Positions 27,329-40,699 are shown, counted from the stretch's first letter. The stretch: DNA of 64,000 nucleotides from Polyangiaceae bacterium (GCA_035063585.1 JAPSGB010000004.1:128001-192000), one strand, 5' to 3'. Program-made: numbers and translations. The notes: generated by a model not told the origin, from the sequence alone.

Positions 27329-30034
27329 ATGACGACGCCGAAGCAAACACCGCACCGACGTTCAGGGGTTGCCGGGGCGGCGCGGAACCGCGCGAAGGCG
27401 AAGCGCAAGCGCGCGGTCGCGAAGCCGAAGCCCGCGAAGACCGCGCGCAAGACCGCCACGCGCGCCGGCGCCACGCGCGCCGGCGCCACGCGCGCCGGCG
27501 CCACGCGCGCCGGCGCCACGCGCGCCGTCGCGAAGCCGAAGCCCGCGAAGACCGCGCGCAAGACCGCCACGCGCGCCGTCGCCACGCGCGCCGGCGCAAA
27601 GCCGAAGCCCGCGAAGACGACGCGCAAGGTCGCCACGCGCGCCGGCGCCAAGCGCGCCGTCGCCACGCGCGCCGTCGCGAAGCCGAAGCCCGCGAAGACC
27701 GCGCGCAAGATCGCCACGCGCGCCGGCGCAAAGCCGAAGCCCGCGAAGACGACGCGCAAGTCCGCCAAGCGCGCCCGCGCAAAGCCGAGGCCCGCGAAGA
27801 CGCGCAAGTCCGCCAAGCGCGCCCGCGCAAAGCCGAGGCCCGCGAAGACGACGCGCACGATCGCCACGCGCGCCGGCGCAAAGCCGAAGCCCGCGAAGAC
27901 GACGCGCAAGTCCGCCAAGCGCGCCCGCGCAAAGCCGAGGCCCGCGAAGACGACGCGCAAGTCCGCCAAGCGCGCCGTCGCAAAGCCGAAGCCCGCGAAG
28001 ACGACGCGCAAGTCCGCCAAGCGCGCCCGCGCAAAGCCGAGGCCCGCGAAGACGACGCGCCAGACCTCGAAGGCGCCGCCGGCCGCGCCGAACCGACCCC
28101 AGCGAGCCTCCCAAGCGCTCGAGCCGATGGCGCCGGTCACGCTCGACGCGGCGGCCCCGCTTGCGTCGCAGACAGTCTCCGCGGCGCCGTCGTCGCCGGC
28201 GATGGAGCCGCCGCTCGCGGGAAAGCGCGAGCTGCCACCGGGCGTTCGCGTGGGCCGCTGGGGGGCGCGCGGGGAAGGAGGCTCGCCGCCGCCGGGGTTC
28301 GGCGCCGTCCCGACGCTGGCCGAGAGCGCGCGGCGCGCGCTGCCGCTGCCGATGCGCGCGACCGCGAAGCGCGAGCCCTTCTCCACGGAGCGCTGGCCGG
28401 AGATCGACGAGGCCGCCAAGCGCCTCGGGATCGAGCGGCTCACCACCGAGCAACGCCATGCGATCCGCGCGCTCCTCGAAGGCCGCGACCTGCTCGTTGC
28501 GCTCCCCGCCGGGGCGGGCAAGACGAGCGCAGCGCTGGTGGCCGCGCTCCTCACTCGGCAGCCCACGCTGCTCGTGTCACCGCTGATTTCGGCGCAGCGT
28601 GATCTCCATGATCGACTGCACGCGCGCCGCGCGCCGGTGGTTCGCGTCGACCCGGGTATCTTCGGCGAGGAGCGCAAGCGCGCGCTCGCGCGCTTCACCG
28701 CCACCGAGCCGCTCGTCGTGCTCACCACACCGGAGTCGCTGTCGAGCGACGACCTCACCTCGGCGCTTGCGCGCTCGGGGATCGGGTTCGTCGCGGTGGA
28801 GGACGCCGAGTGCACGAGTGAGTGGGCGCATGAGTACCGCCCGGCGCACGCCGAGCTCGGCCGCGCGCTCGAGCGCCTCGGCTCACCGCAAGTGGCGGCG
28901 CTCTGCGCGCCTTCGGTCGCCGCGGTCCGGCACGACGTGGCCGAGCGGCTGGCGCTGCGCGCGCCGCTCGTGCTCGCGGGCGACCCGGTGCGGGCGAACC
29001 TCGCGCTCGACGCCACGGAGGCCCGCGGCGAGGTGCGACAGCGCACGCTCGTGTCGCTGGTGATGCGGCTCGAACGGCCCGGGATCGTGTACTGCGCGAC
29101 GCCGCGTGAGGTCGACGCCGTGCACGGCGCGCTCCGGGCCCTCCGGGTCCCCGTGCATCGCTATCACGGTGAGCTACCCGCCGGTGAGCGCGCCGGCGAG
29201 CAGCTGAACTTCCTGCTCCCGGGGCGCCGCGCGGTCATGGTGGCGACCAGCGGGTTCGCGCCCTCGACCGGGTTCGCGGGGCTCGGCGAGCTCGGCCGCT
29301 TGGAGCTGACGCCGGCGGGCTTCGGGCGCGGCCTCGAGAAGCGCGATACGCGCTTCGTCATCCATTACCAAGCTCCGGCGAGCCTCGAACAATACCTCCG
29401 CGAGCTCGGCGCGGCCGGGCGAGACGGCAAGCCAGCGAGCGCGATCCTGCTCTATGATCCGGCTGATCGCGGATACCATGACGCCGCGCTCGCGCGCGCG
29501 CGGCTCCGGCCGGCGCACGTCCTCGAGCTCGCGCGCGCGCTCGAGAGCTCCGCGCTCGATGGGCGGGCGGCATCGCTCGAGTCGCTCGCGCTGGCGACGC
29601 GCCAGAGCAGGCGGAACGCGGAGCTTGTCGCCGCGGTGCTGGCGGACGCGGGGCTCGTCGACCTCGCGCCGGGATGGGCGCGCGCGGCGGTGGCGGGGGT
29701 CGAGCTGTTCGAGCGAGCGCGCCGAGTGGCCGGCGCGCTCGAGACGCTCGCGCGCGAGGATGGGCGCCGGCTCGACGCGGTCGCCGCATACGCGCGGAGC
29801 GCGGGGTGCCGCACGCTTCACCTCGGGCGCTACCTCGGCATGAGTGACACCGTCGAGTGCGGTCGCTGCAGCGCGTGCGACGCCGCCGCGTTCGACGGCC
29901 GGCGCTTCGCCCCCCTGACGGAGCCCGCGCCCGGGCGGAGAGCCGCGCCGCGCTCCTTCGAGGTGACCCGACTCGACGTGTCGCGGCCGAGCTCCGCGCC
30001 ACTCACGGCCAAGCTCGGCGAGTTTGTCGGCTGA
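27329..30034 (+). CDS. RecQ-family helicase-like protein with degenerate catalytic motifs and a histone-H1-like N-terminal repeat tail
   Basis: RecQ layout: LPAGAGKT, VSPL, SEWAHEYRP, GIVYC, YHG, RFVIH, AGRDG and C-terminal CR...CGRCSAC Zn site. Motif II reads EDAE and motif VI reads RELGAAGR. Confidence 0.85.
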   Translation: MTTPKQTPHRRSGVAGAARNRAKAKRKRAVAKPKPAKTARKTATRAGATRAGATRAGATRAGATRAVAKPKPAKTARKTATRAVATRAGAKPKPAKTTRKVATRAGAKRAVATRAVAKPKPAKTARKIATRAGAKPKPAKTTRKSAKRARAKPRPAKTRKSAKRARAKPRPAKTTRTIATRAGAKPKPAKTTRKSAKRARAKPRPAKTTRKSAKRAVAKPKPAKTTRKSAKRARAKPRPAKTTRQTSKAPPAAPNRPQRASQALEPMAPVTLDAAAPLASQTVSAAPSSPAMEPPLAGKRELPPGVRVGRWGARGEGGSPPPGFGAVPTLAESARRALPLPMRATAKREPFSTERWPEIDEAAKRLGIERLTTEQRHAIRALLEGRDLLVALPAGAGKTSAALVAALLTRQPTLLVSPLISAQRDLHDRLHARRAPVVRVDPGIFGEERKRALARFTATEPLVVLTTPESLSSDDLTSALARSGIGFVAVEDAECTSEWAHEYRPAHAELGRALERLGSPQVAALCAPSVAAVRHDVAERLALRAPLVLAGDPVRANLALDATEARGEVRQRTLVSLVMRLERPGIVYCATPREVDAVHGALRALRVPVHRYHGELPAGERAGEQLNFLLPGRRAVMVATSGFAPSTGFAGLGELGRLELTPAGFGRGLEKRDTRFVIHYQAPASLEQYLRELGAAGRDGKPASAILLYDPADRGYHDAALARARLRPAHVLELARALESSALDGRAASLESLALATRQSRRNAELVAAVLADAGLVDLAPGWARAAVAGVELFERARRVAGALETLAREDGRRLDAVAAYARSAGCRTLHLGRYLGMSDTVECGRCSACDAAAFDGRRFAPLTEPAPGRRAAPRSFEVTRLDVSRPSSAPLTAKLGEFVG
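27410..28075 (+). repeat. In-frame Lys/Arg/Ala/Thr-rich coding repeats (11 copies of AKP[K/R]PAKT(x)R[K/T/Q], plus ATRAG/SAKRAR spacers)
   Basis: Direct reading. Includes the 15-nt tandem gccacgcgcgccggc from 27455. Confidence 0.9.
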
Positions 30035-31091
30035 GGCGGGTCGCGAGCGGCTGCGGCCGTCGCGCGGCTTGCGGTCGCTCACTGGGTGGCTAGGGTTCAG
30101 GCTCCGGCTCGCCGGAGGCGCACCATGGCGTATCGACTGGAAGCGAGCGAGAGCGTCGGCGCAGGGCTCCGGCGCGTCGCCGCCGAGGAGCTCGACGCCG
30201 CGCTCGAGGCGCTCGCACGAGCGCGCGGCGACGCTCCGGACGAGCCCGTGCACGAGCTCCGCAAGGGGCTGAAGCGGCTCCGCGCGCTCGTCCGCCTGGC
30301 CCGCAACGAGCTCGGTGAGCTGGTGTTCTACCGCGACAACACCTGCTTTCGCGACGCGGGCCGCGCGCTCTCGGGCGCGCGAGGCGCAGCGGCGCTGCGA
30401 GGCGCCCTCGGCGCGCTCGCCGAGCGGTACGCGGCGCGCCTCGACGCGGCGGCGCTCGCCCGTGCGACTCACGCGCTCGACGCGCGACACGGCGCGGCGC
30501 TCGCGACCGCGCTCGAGCCCGCGCACCTCGACGGCGTCCAGCGCGCGCTCGAGCTCGCGCGCGCTCGGGTGGAGGGCTGGTCGTTCACGCGCGACGACTT
30601 CGCCGTGCTCGAGCCGGGCCTCCGGCGTACCTACCGCGAAGGGCGGCGCGCCCTCCGAGCCGCGCGCCTCGACTCGTCCGCCGAGCTCGCCCACGACTGG
30701 CGCAAGCGGGTGAAGGATCACGGCTACCACGTGCGCCTCCTCACGCTCGCGTGGCCGGAGCAGCTGCGGGCGCGGCGCGACGCGGTCGACACGCTCGGTG
30801 AGCTGCTCGGCGACGACCACGATCTCGCGGAGCTCCTCGGGACGCTCGGCGGCGAGAGGCCGCCGCTCGCCGCGGGCGGCGAACACGCCGGGCTCATCGA
30901 GCTCGTGCTCGAGCGGCAGCGCGAGCTCCGCGCCGAGGCGCTCCGGCTCGGCGAGCTCGTCTACGCCGAGCGCCCGCGCGCGCTCGCGCGCCGCTTCGGC
31001 GAGTACTTCGCCTCCTGGCGCGGCTCGGCGCAGGGCGCCAGCGATGAGGAAGGGTGTCGGTCCGGCGCGAGCCCGACGCGTGACGACTCGC

Positions 31092-32126
<1,035 letters not shown>

Positions 32127-32200
32127 GCGCGGCACATAGCCGGGCTCGGTCCGGCGCGCCACTCCCGGGTTCCGCGCCGGACCGACCCAGCGGAGGCTGG

Positions 32201-34474
32201 CTAGTTGAGCTGGAAATTCTGGGTGGTGGAGCCGCCGACCGTGATGGTGACCGTCTTGGTGACCGGCGCGAGCGGCACCTTGGTCGCGGTCGCCTCCCAG
32301 GTCCCGGCGATGGCGTTCTGGAGGTTGTAGTTGCCGCTGCCGTTAGTGGTCGTGGACATGAGCCCACGGTTCAACGTGATGGTCGCGCCGTCGACCGGTT
32401 GCGAGCTCCCGTCGATGACCTGACCAAGCAGCGTGCCCACACCCGGGTCGGCGCCGAGCCGGACCTGGTAGTGGGCGGCCTTCTTGGTGAGGTAGCCGTG
32501 GGTGTCGACCGAGACGAGGTGGAAGAACCACACCCCATCGGGGAGGCCGGAGAGGATCTGCTGCTTCTGGGTCACGGGCACGAAGGTGTCCGCCTTGGTC
32601 GGCACGGTGTTCGCGTATGCGTCGCGCACGTAGTAAGCGCCGACCACGCTCTCGTCGGTGACCGGGAAGGTCCACGAGTAAAAGACGGTGTGGTTCGCCG
32701 ACCAGGTCGTCTGTGAGCCATGGCTCGAGGAGGTGACGGACGGCGCGACCGTGTTGAGGTTGAGCCGGAACCAACCTTCGACCCGGCCGACCACGCTCGC
32801 ACCGTCGACCGGGACGACGTGGAAGTAATTCGCACCCTGGACGAGCTGGGTCCGCGGCACGATCAAGTTCTCCGCCGCGAGGAAGTCGGCGTTGCCCGGA
32901 GTGGGGACCGTCGCCCTCCCCGTATCGAACAACTGGTAGTAGCCCTGCACGCTCGGGAACGGCTGGTTCCACGCGAGAGAGACGTCGGTGAAGTCGTCGT
33001 TGTAGTAGAGCGCCGACTCCGGGTGCGTGCTCGAGGTGATGGTGAGCGGCGGGAGCAGGTCGGCCGTCTGCTGACCGACGACCGAGCCGGTGATGGAGTG
33101 CGCGATGCCGTAGAGGAGCTTGACGCGCCCGTCCCCGCCCTTGCCGCCCGCGCCGCCGTTGTAACCCCCGCCGGCGGGCCCGCCGCTACCGCCAGCGACG
33201 GAGACCGCGCCGCTCAGGGTGAGCTTGTCGGCCGCGATGAGCACGGCGCCGCCGGAGCCGCCACCGCCGCTAGCGACGTAAGACACGTTCGGCGCGGTGC
33301 CGCCATCCTGCCCGTTGGCGCTGAGTTGGCCCGCGACGTCGATCACCGGCGCGATGAGGCGCAGCACCCCGCCGCCCATGCCGCCTTTGACCGGGGTCGC
33401 GGCGCTGGGCGCGCCTCCCTTGCCCCCCGGCGCGCCGGGAAGCACCACCGAGTCCACCGCGAGCCCAAAGATCGCGCCGCCTCCGCCGCCGTTGGTGCCG
33501 CCGCCGTAGGTTCCGTTGGCCCCCGCCTGCGCGTGGCCGCCGCCCCCGCCGCCGCTGCTGGTGTACGTGTAACTCGGGTAGCCCGTGTAGAAGTAAGTGC
33601 CATCGAAGCCCTTGCCATCGGGTCCGGCGCCGGTCGGCGCGATCACGATAGAACCGCCGTTTTCCACCGTGATCGAGTCCGCGATGAGGGTGAGGTCGCC
33701 GCTCGGCGAAGTGAGCGTCGCGCCGGAGCGGACCACGACCGCGCCCTTTACCACCACGACACCATCGAGGTTTCGGTTGCTGGTCACGTCGAGCCCCGGC
33801 AGCGCGCACTGCACGGTCGTGGCGTCGCAGTAGGTCGAGCCGCAGTCGCTGGTGACGTTCCACTTGGAACCGGTCGAGTCGCACTCCTCGACCTTCGCGC
33901 CATTGCAACGGGTCGCACCGGGTTCGCACGCGCCCGTGCAAAGCCCGCTCGCGCAAGACACCGCGCAGGTCTCGAGGTAGAGCCAAGCCGTTCCGCTCGA
34001 GTTGCAGATCTCGACCCCGCCGCTCGCGCAGCGGCGCGCGCCCGCCGAGCAGGGCCCGCCGGGGTTCCCGCCGGTGCCGCCGGTTCCGCCGGTTCCGCCG
34101 CCGCTCCCCGCCGCGCCGCCGGTGCCGCCGCCTCCGCTCGCGCCCGCATCCCCGCCGCTCCCGCTCGCGCCGCCGGTGCCCGTGCTCCCGCTCGCGCCGC
34201 CGGTGCCCGTGCTCCCGCTCGCGCCGCCGGTACCCGTGCTCCCGCTCGCGCCGCCGGTACCCGTGCTCCCGCTCGCGCCGCCGGTGCCCGTGCTCCCGCT
34301 CTCGCCACCGGTGCCCGTGCTCCCGCTCGCGCCACCGACGCCCGCGGAGCCGCCGGCCGCGCCAGCGGCACCGCCGGTGCCGCTGCCGTCGCCACTCGCG
34401 TCGGACCCGCCACACGCGGGCGCCCCGAGCGCGAGCGCCATCACGAACCAAGAAAGTCGATGTCCACGAGTCAT
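32201..34474 (-). CDS. Large surface lipoprotein: Gly/Ser/Thr linker, Cys-rich repeats, glycine-rich domain, C-terminal carboxypeptidase-regulatory-like domain
   Basis: Lipobox APAC, two Cys-rich C..GA.RC units, poly-Gly runs alternating with beta-strands, and C-terminal GQVIDGSSQPVDGATITL...GNY...GTW. Confidence 0.75.
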   Translation of the reverse strand: MTRGHRLSWFVMALALGAPACGGSDASGDGSGTGGAAGAAGGSAGVGGASGSTGTGGESGSTGTGGASGSTGTGGASGSTGTGGASGSTGTGGASGSTGTGGASGSGGDAGASGGGGTGGAAGSGGGTGGTGGTGGNPGGPCSAGARRCASGGVEICNSSGTAWLYLETCAVSCASGLCTGACEPGATRCNGAKVEECDSTGSKWNVTSDCGSTYCDATTVQCALPGLDVTSNRNLDGVVVVKGAVVVRSGATLTSPSGDLTLIADSITVENGGSIVIAPTGAGPDGKGFDGTYFYTGYPSYTYTSSGGGGGGHAQAGANGTYGGGTNGGGGGAIFGLAVDSVVLPGAPGGKGGAPSAATPVKGGMGGGVLRLIAPVIDVAGQLSANGQDGGTAPNVSYVASGGGGSGGAVLIAADKLTLSGAVSVAGGSGGPAGGGYNGGAGGKGGDGRVKLLYGIAHSITGSVVGQQTADLLPPLTITSSTHPESALYYNDDFTDVSLAWNQPFPSVQGYYQLFDTGRATVPTPGNADFLAAENLIVPRTQLVQGANYFHVVPVDGASVVGRVEGWFRLNLNTVAPSVTSSSHGSQTTWSANHTVFYSWTFPVTDESVVGAYYVRDAYANTVPTKADTFVPVTQKQQILSGLPDGVWFFHLVSVDTHGYLTKKAAHYQVRLGADPGVGTLLGQVIDGSSQPVDGATITLNRGLMSTTTNGSGNYNLQNAIAGTWEATATKVPLAPVTKTVTITVGGSTTQNFQLN
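34157..34336. repeat. 27-bp tandem repeat, six full copies plus a partial (encodes GGASGSTGT)
   Basis: Unit gctcccgctcgcgccgccggtgcccgt with few substitutions, in frame in the lipoprotein. Confidence 0.9.
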
Positions 34475-34742
34475 GAATCCACCTCTTCTAACGCGCGGGC
34501 AAACCGCCCCGACCCGCCGTCCTCTACCCGCGAAGCGCGAGGAGCGCTAGGAGGCTCGTTCCGCGTCGTACGCCGCACGAGGCCGATCTCTCCCCGGGAG
34601 CGCAGAGCCCATTGACGCCTCGCATCACGGGCCTTGCAGGGGAGCTAGCCTCGACTATGCTCCGCTTCGACGCGGTGCGCCATGCGCGCACCAACGCCTC
34701 GAAGCTCGCGGAGGGGGACCACCCAACCTGAGGAGAACGGCC

Positions 34743-36581
<1,839 letters not shown>

Positions 36582-36596
36582 CGATTGCTTTAGTTA

Positions 36597-36638
36597 CACC
36601 GCCCAGCACTCAAGTCATGGGTTGAGTGTTGGGCGGTG
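36597..36638. terminator. 17-bp-stem inverted repeat between convergent genes (bidirectional terminator or REP-like element)
   Basis: caccgcccagcactcaa-gtcatggg-ttgagtgttgggcggtg with one G:U pair. Confidence 0.6.
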
Positions 36639-36723
36639 AGGTCCGGGGGGCCGGTCCGGCGCGGCCGGCGGCGCGTGGCGCGGGCCGCGTGGTTCCGCGC
36701 CGAGCCGGCAAGACCCCCTCGCC

Positions 36724-37854
36724 TCAGGCGGGGCCGAGCTTGGTGCAATCGAGCAGGATCTCGATCGAGCCCTGGTCGGCCCCTTGCACCTTGTCACAGC
36801 TCGCCGGGCAGAGCGAGATCCGGGTCGGGCTGGTCGGGTCGTCGTAATAGAAACCGCCCGAGGGCCCACACGCGCCCACGTCCGAGACACGGCCGAGCGG
36901 GCTCGTGCCGGACGCGTCGGTGAAGTTGATGATGATCGAGGCGGGATTGACGAGCCCCGCGTCGGTGGTCGGCATCGCGTAGTCGCACGAGAGGAGCTGC
37001 CCGGCGACGTTCTGGAGCGCCTGAGCGAAGGCGTCGGCGCCGCCCGAGGAGATGTTGAACGCGGCCGGCCCCGTCCCAGCGGCGGTAGCGAGCGCATCGA
37101 GGAGTTGGAAACTCGCGCCCTGCATGCCCATCATGAAGATCGGCAGCGACGGGGTGCCGTTGAAGGCCTCCGAGCAGATCTGCGAGAGCCCCGCCGGCGA
37201 GGTATCGCAGCCCTGCGGTTGCCCGTCCGTCACGAGCAGCCCCACGCACTTCTCCTGCGGGTGCTGAGCGGTGTAGCCCCGGCAGAAGCCGGTGATCCCT
37301 CGGAGCGCGCCCTCGGTGGGAGTGCCGCCGCCCGGATTGGTTCCATTGATCGAAGCCATGATCGCGGCTCCGTTGTTCGAGAGGTAGTCCATCGGCACCG
37401 CAGGGGTGTCATAGGTGCTCCCGTTGCACGGGCCGCTCCCGGAGAAGAACTGGAGCGCGACCTTGAGGCCCTGAGAGCCGGGGTCATTGACGAACGCCTG
37501 AAGGCCGGCCCGGGCGTTTTCCCACCGATTTCCGTTATTCATGCTCCCGGACTTATCGAGCATGATGTAGAGGGCTACCGGCACCCGCTCGGCGTTCACG
37601 GTCACGTTCGCGCAGGCCGAGTCCGCGTTGAGCGCGCTGTCGCCGGCGTCGAAGTCGCCCGCGTCGAAGCCCGTCCCGTTGGCGCTCCCGCCGGTGCCGG
37701 TTCCCGCACCCGAGCCACCGCTCGAAGACGCGCCGTGCCCGCCGGTGCCCCCGGCGACCGTGGCTCCCCCGCCGTCGCCGCTGCCGCACGCCACCGCGAG
37801 CCCGAGCGCGCTCGCAACGCCGATCGCCATCCCCGACAGTCGCCTTGCCTTCAT
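36724..37854 (-). CDS. VWA-domain Cys-rich lipoprotein (CglB-like architecture)
   Basis: Lipobox AVAC, Gly-rich linker, MIDAS DKSGS, GTPT and LVTDG. Confidence 0.85.
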   Translation of the reverse strand: MKARRLSGMAIGVASALGLAVACGSGDGGGATVAGGTGGHGASSSGGSGAGTGTGGSANGTGFDAGDFDAGDSALNADSACANVTVNAERVPVALYIMLDKSGSMNNGNRWENARAGLQAFVNDPGSQGLKVALQFFSGSGPCNGSTYDTPAVPMDYLSNNGAAIMASINGTNPGGGTPTEGALRGITGFCRGYTAQHPQEKCVGLLVTDGQPQGCDTSPAGLSQICSEAFNGTPSLPIFMMGMQGASFQLLDALATAAGTGPAAFNISSGGADAFAQALQNVAGQLLSCDYAMPTTDAGLVNPASIIINFTDASGTSPLGRVSDVGACGPSGGFYYDDPTSPTRISLCPASCDKVQGADQGSIEILLDCTKLGPA

Positions 37855-38044
37855 CGCGATTCCTCCAGGTAGCCGCACCGAGCTCGCTCGCCGGCGCCAC
37901 ACCTCGGCTCAGCATAGCGTATCCGGGGCGGCTCTGCGCCTCGAAGTCTCACGGAGTCACCGGAAACGGAAGCCGGGTGGCGGCCGCCGCCGGCGGCCAG
38001 CCGCCGCCACCCTCCGGACGCAAAGCATCTCGCCGGGTTCTGCG

Positions 38045-38060
38045 CGGCACGGCGACTGCA
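38045..38060 (+). promoter_or_regulatory. Putative sigma-54 promoter of comM-recA
   Basis: cGGCACggcgaCTGCA (GG-N10-GC), ending 13 nt before ATG 38074. Confidence 0.55.
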
Positions 38061-38073
38061 ACCCGCGGCCGGC

Positions 38074-39624
38074 ATGCTCACCGCCACCGCCACCATCTGC
38101 GGAAAGCCGCTCGGCCTCGCCACCGCCCATGCGAGCGCGGTCCTCGGACTCGACGCCCACCCGATTCTCGTCGAGGTGTGCTGTACGCGAGGCCCGGCCT
38201 TCTTCCAGATGGTCGGGCTCGCGGAGGCTGCGGTGCGCGAGGCGCGGGTGCGGGTGGCGAGCGCGCTCGCGCGCCTCGGCGTGCTGCTCGACGAATACGC
38301 GATCACGGTGAACCTCGCGCCGGCGGATCTCCGTAAGAGCGGCGCCGCGCTCGACGCCGCGATCGCGCTCGCCATCCTCGGCGCCATCGGGAAGCTGCCG
38401 GAGGGCTGCCTCGACGACGTCCTCCTGCTCGGCGAGCTCGCGCTCGACGGCTCGCTCCGGCCGGTTCGCGGCGTGCTGCCGCAGCTCGAGGGCGCCGCGC
38501 GGCGGCTCGGCCGCGCCGTGGTTCCACGCGCGAACGGCGCCGAGGCGGGACTGGTCGAGGGCATCGAGGTGCTCTTGGCCCGGAACCTCGCCGAGCTCGT
38601 CGAGCACTTCTCGGGCGGCCGCGCGCTCGCTCGCGCGGCGCGCACCGCGTTCTCGCCGGACTCGAGCACGCCGGGCGCTGGTGATCTCTCGGAGGTGCGC
38701 GGACAGTCCTCCGCGCGGCGCGCGCTCGAGGTCGCGGCGGCCGGCGGGCACAACCTCCTCTTCATCGGGCCCCCGGGCGGCGGAAAGACGCTCCTCGCGC
38801 GCCTCCTTCCCACCATCCTGCCACCGCTCACGTTCGAAGAGGCGGTCGAGACGACCGCCATCTACTCGGTGGCCGGGCTCGTCGACCCCGACAAGGGCGT
38901 CGTCGCGGCGCGCCCGTTCCGCGCTCCGCACCACTCGGTGAGCGAGGCCGGGCTGGTCGGCGGCGGCGAGGTCCCGCGCCCCGGCGAGGTCAGCCTGGCG
39001 CACCACGGCGTGCTCTTTCTCGATGAGCTCGCCGAGTTCCGTCGCGGGGCGCTCGAGGCGCTACGCCAACCCCTCGAGGACGGGGCGGTGTGCATATCGC
39101 GGGCGCGGGCGCGGGCGTGGTTCCCCGCGCGTCCGATGGTGGTGGGTGCCGTGAACCCTTGCCCGTGCGGCTATCGCGGGCACCCGCGCCGTGTGTGCCG
39201 CTGCACCGACAAGCAGGTCGCCTCGTATCGAGCGCGGTTGAGCGGCCCGCTCGTCGATCGGCTCGATGTGCACGTTCCCGTGCCGCCCGTGGACGTCGCG
39301 GCGCTCATCGGGATGAGCCGCGGCGAGCCGTCGAGCTCGGTGCGCGCGCGTGTGCTCGCCGCTCGTGAGCGCCAGCGCGAGCGGGGCGCGATCAACTCTG
39401 CGCTCGGTCCGCGCGCGCTCGAGCGGGTGGCGCGCCCGAGCGCCGACGCCGAGCGGCTCATCGAGACCGCCATCTCCCAGCTCGGGCTGTCGGCGCGGGC
39501 GTACGTGAAGGTGCTGAGGGTAGCGCGCACCATCGCCGATCTCGATGGGAGCGAGCGCGTGCGCGCGCCTCACGTCGCCGAAGCGCTGCAAGGGCGACTG
39601 CTCGACCGCGATCCCCTGGCGTGA
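38074..39624 (+). CDS. comM: YifB/ComM family Mg-chelatase-like AAA+ ATPase
   Basis: [52 protein letters not shown] and ARTIADL. Confidence 0.93.
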   Translation: MLTATATICGKPLGLATAHASAVLGLDAHPILVEVCCTRGPAFFQMVGLAEAAVREARVRVASALARLGVLLDEYAITVNLAPADLRKSGAALDAAIALAILGAIGKLPEGCLDDVLLLGELALDGSLRPVRGVLPQLEGAARRLGRAVVPRANGAEAGLVEGIEVLLARNLAELVEHFSGGRALARAARTAFSPDSSTPGAGDLSEVRGQSSARRALEVAAAGGHNLLFIGPPGGGKTLLARLLPTILPPLTFEEAVETTAIYSVAGLVDPDKGVVAARPFRAPHHSVSEAGLVGGGEVPRPGEVSLAHHGVLFLDELAEFRRGALEALRQPLEDGAVCISRARARAWFPARPMVVGAVNPCPCGYRGHPRRVCRCTDKQVASYRARLSGPLVDRLDVHVPVPPVDVAALIGMSRGEPSSSVRARVLAARERQRERGAINSALGPRALERVARPSADAERLIETAISQLGLSARAYVKVLRVARTIADLDGSERVRAPHVAEALQGRLLDRDPLA

Positions 39625-39679
39625 GCACACGGTGCGCCCACGCCATCGAAACCAGAACCGGGAGAAGAGGAGACGAACC

Positions 39680-40699
39680 ATGACAGAATCAGACAAGCAA
39701 CGGGCGGTCGACGCGGCCGTCACCGGCATCGAGAAGGCGCACGGCAAAGGCTCGATCATGCGCCTCGGCGAGGACGCCCTGCTCGAGCCGGTCGAGGTCA
39801 TCGCCACCGGCTCGCTGGCGCTCGACGAGGCGCTCGGCACGGGCGGCTACCCGCGCGGCCGGATCATCGAGGTGTTCGGCCCGGAGTCGAGCGGCAAGAC
39901 CACGCTCACCCTCCACGCCATCGCCGAGTCCCAGCGGGGGGGCGGTGTGTGCGCGTTCATCGACGCGGAGCACGCCTTCGACCTCCGGTACGCGCGGGCC
40001 ATCGGCATCGACCTCGAGAGGCTGCTCGTCTCCCAACCGGACAGCGGCGAGCAGGCGCTCGACATCGTCGAGATGCTGGTGCGCTCCGGAGCGGTCGACC
40101 TGGTGGTGGTCGACTCGGTCGCGGCGCTGGTCCCGAGAGCCGAGATCGAAGGCGACATGGGCGACGCGCACATGGGCCTCCAGGCGCGACTCATGAGCCA
40201 GGCGCTCCGCAAACTGAACGGCGTGGTCTCGCGTACGAACACGACGCTCATCTTCATCAATCAGCTCCGCCAGAAGATCGGGGTCGTGTTCGGCAACCCG
40301 GAGACGACCACCGGGGGCAACGCGCTCCGCTTCTACTCGAGCGTGCGGCTCGACGTTCGCCGGACCGGAAAGGTCACGGTCGGGGACGCCACGGTCGGAA
40401 ACCGCACGCGCGTGAAGGTCGTGAAGAACAAGTGCGCTCCGCCCTTCACCGAGGCCGAGCTCGACATCCGCTGGGGGCTGGGGATCGACGCCGCCGGCGA
40501 TCTCCTAGACACCGCGCTCGCCCACGGCGTCGCCGAGAAGAGCGGCGCGCACCTCATGTTCGGAGGGACGAGCATCGGGCACGGGCGGGAGAAGGCGCGC
40601 GAGGCGCTGCTCTCGACCCCCGCGCTCTTCGCCGCGCTGCGCGAGGCGACCGAGAGCGCGCTCCCGAGCAAGGAGCGCGCGGTGGGTCGGGCCGCCTGA
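39680..40699 (+). CDS. recA: Recombinase RecA
   Basis: [45 protein letters not shown] and KVVKNK. GAGGAG RBS. Confidence 0.97.
   Translation: MTESDKQRAVDAAVTGIEKAHGKGSIMRLGEDALLEPVEVIATGSLALDEALGTGGYPRGRIIEVFGPESSGKTTLTLHAIAESQRGGGVCAFIDAEHAFDLRYARAIGIDLERLLVSQPDSGEQALDIVEMLVRSGAVDLVVVDSVAALVPRAEIEGDMGDAHMGLQARLMSQALRKLNGVVSRTNTTLIFINQLRQKIGVVFGNPETTTGGNALRFYSSVRLDVRRTGKVTVGDATVGNRTRVKVVKNKCAPPFTEAELDIRWGLGIDAAGDLLDTALAHGVAEKSGAHLMFGGTSIGHGREKAREALLSTPALFAALREATESALPSKERAVGRAA

Noticed and set aside
27410..28075. Repeat array as a possible CRISPR or non-coding repeat
   Set aside because: The units are multiples of 3, in frame, have no unique spacers and no cas genes nearby, so it is a coding low-complexity tail.
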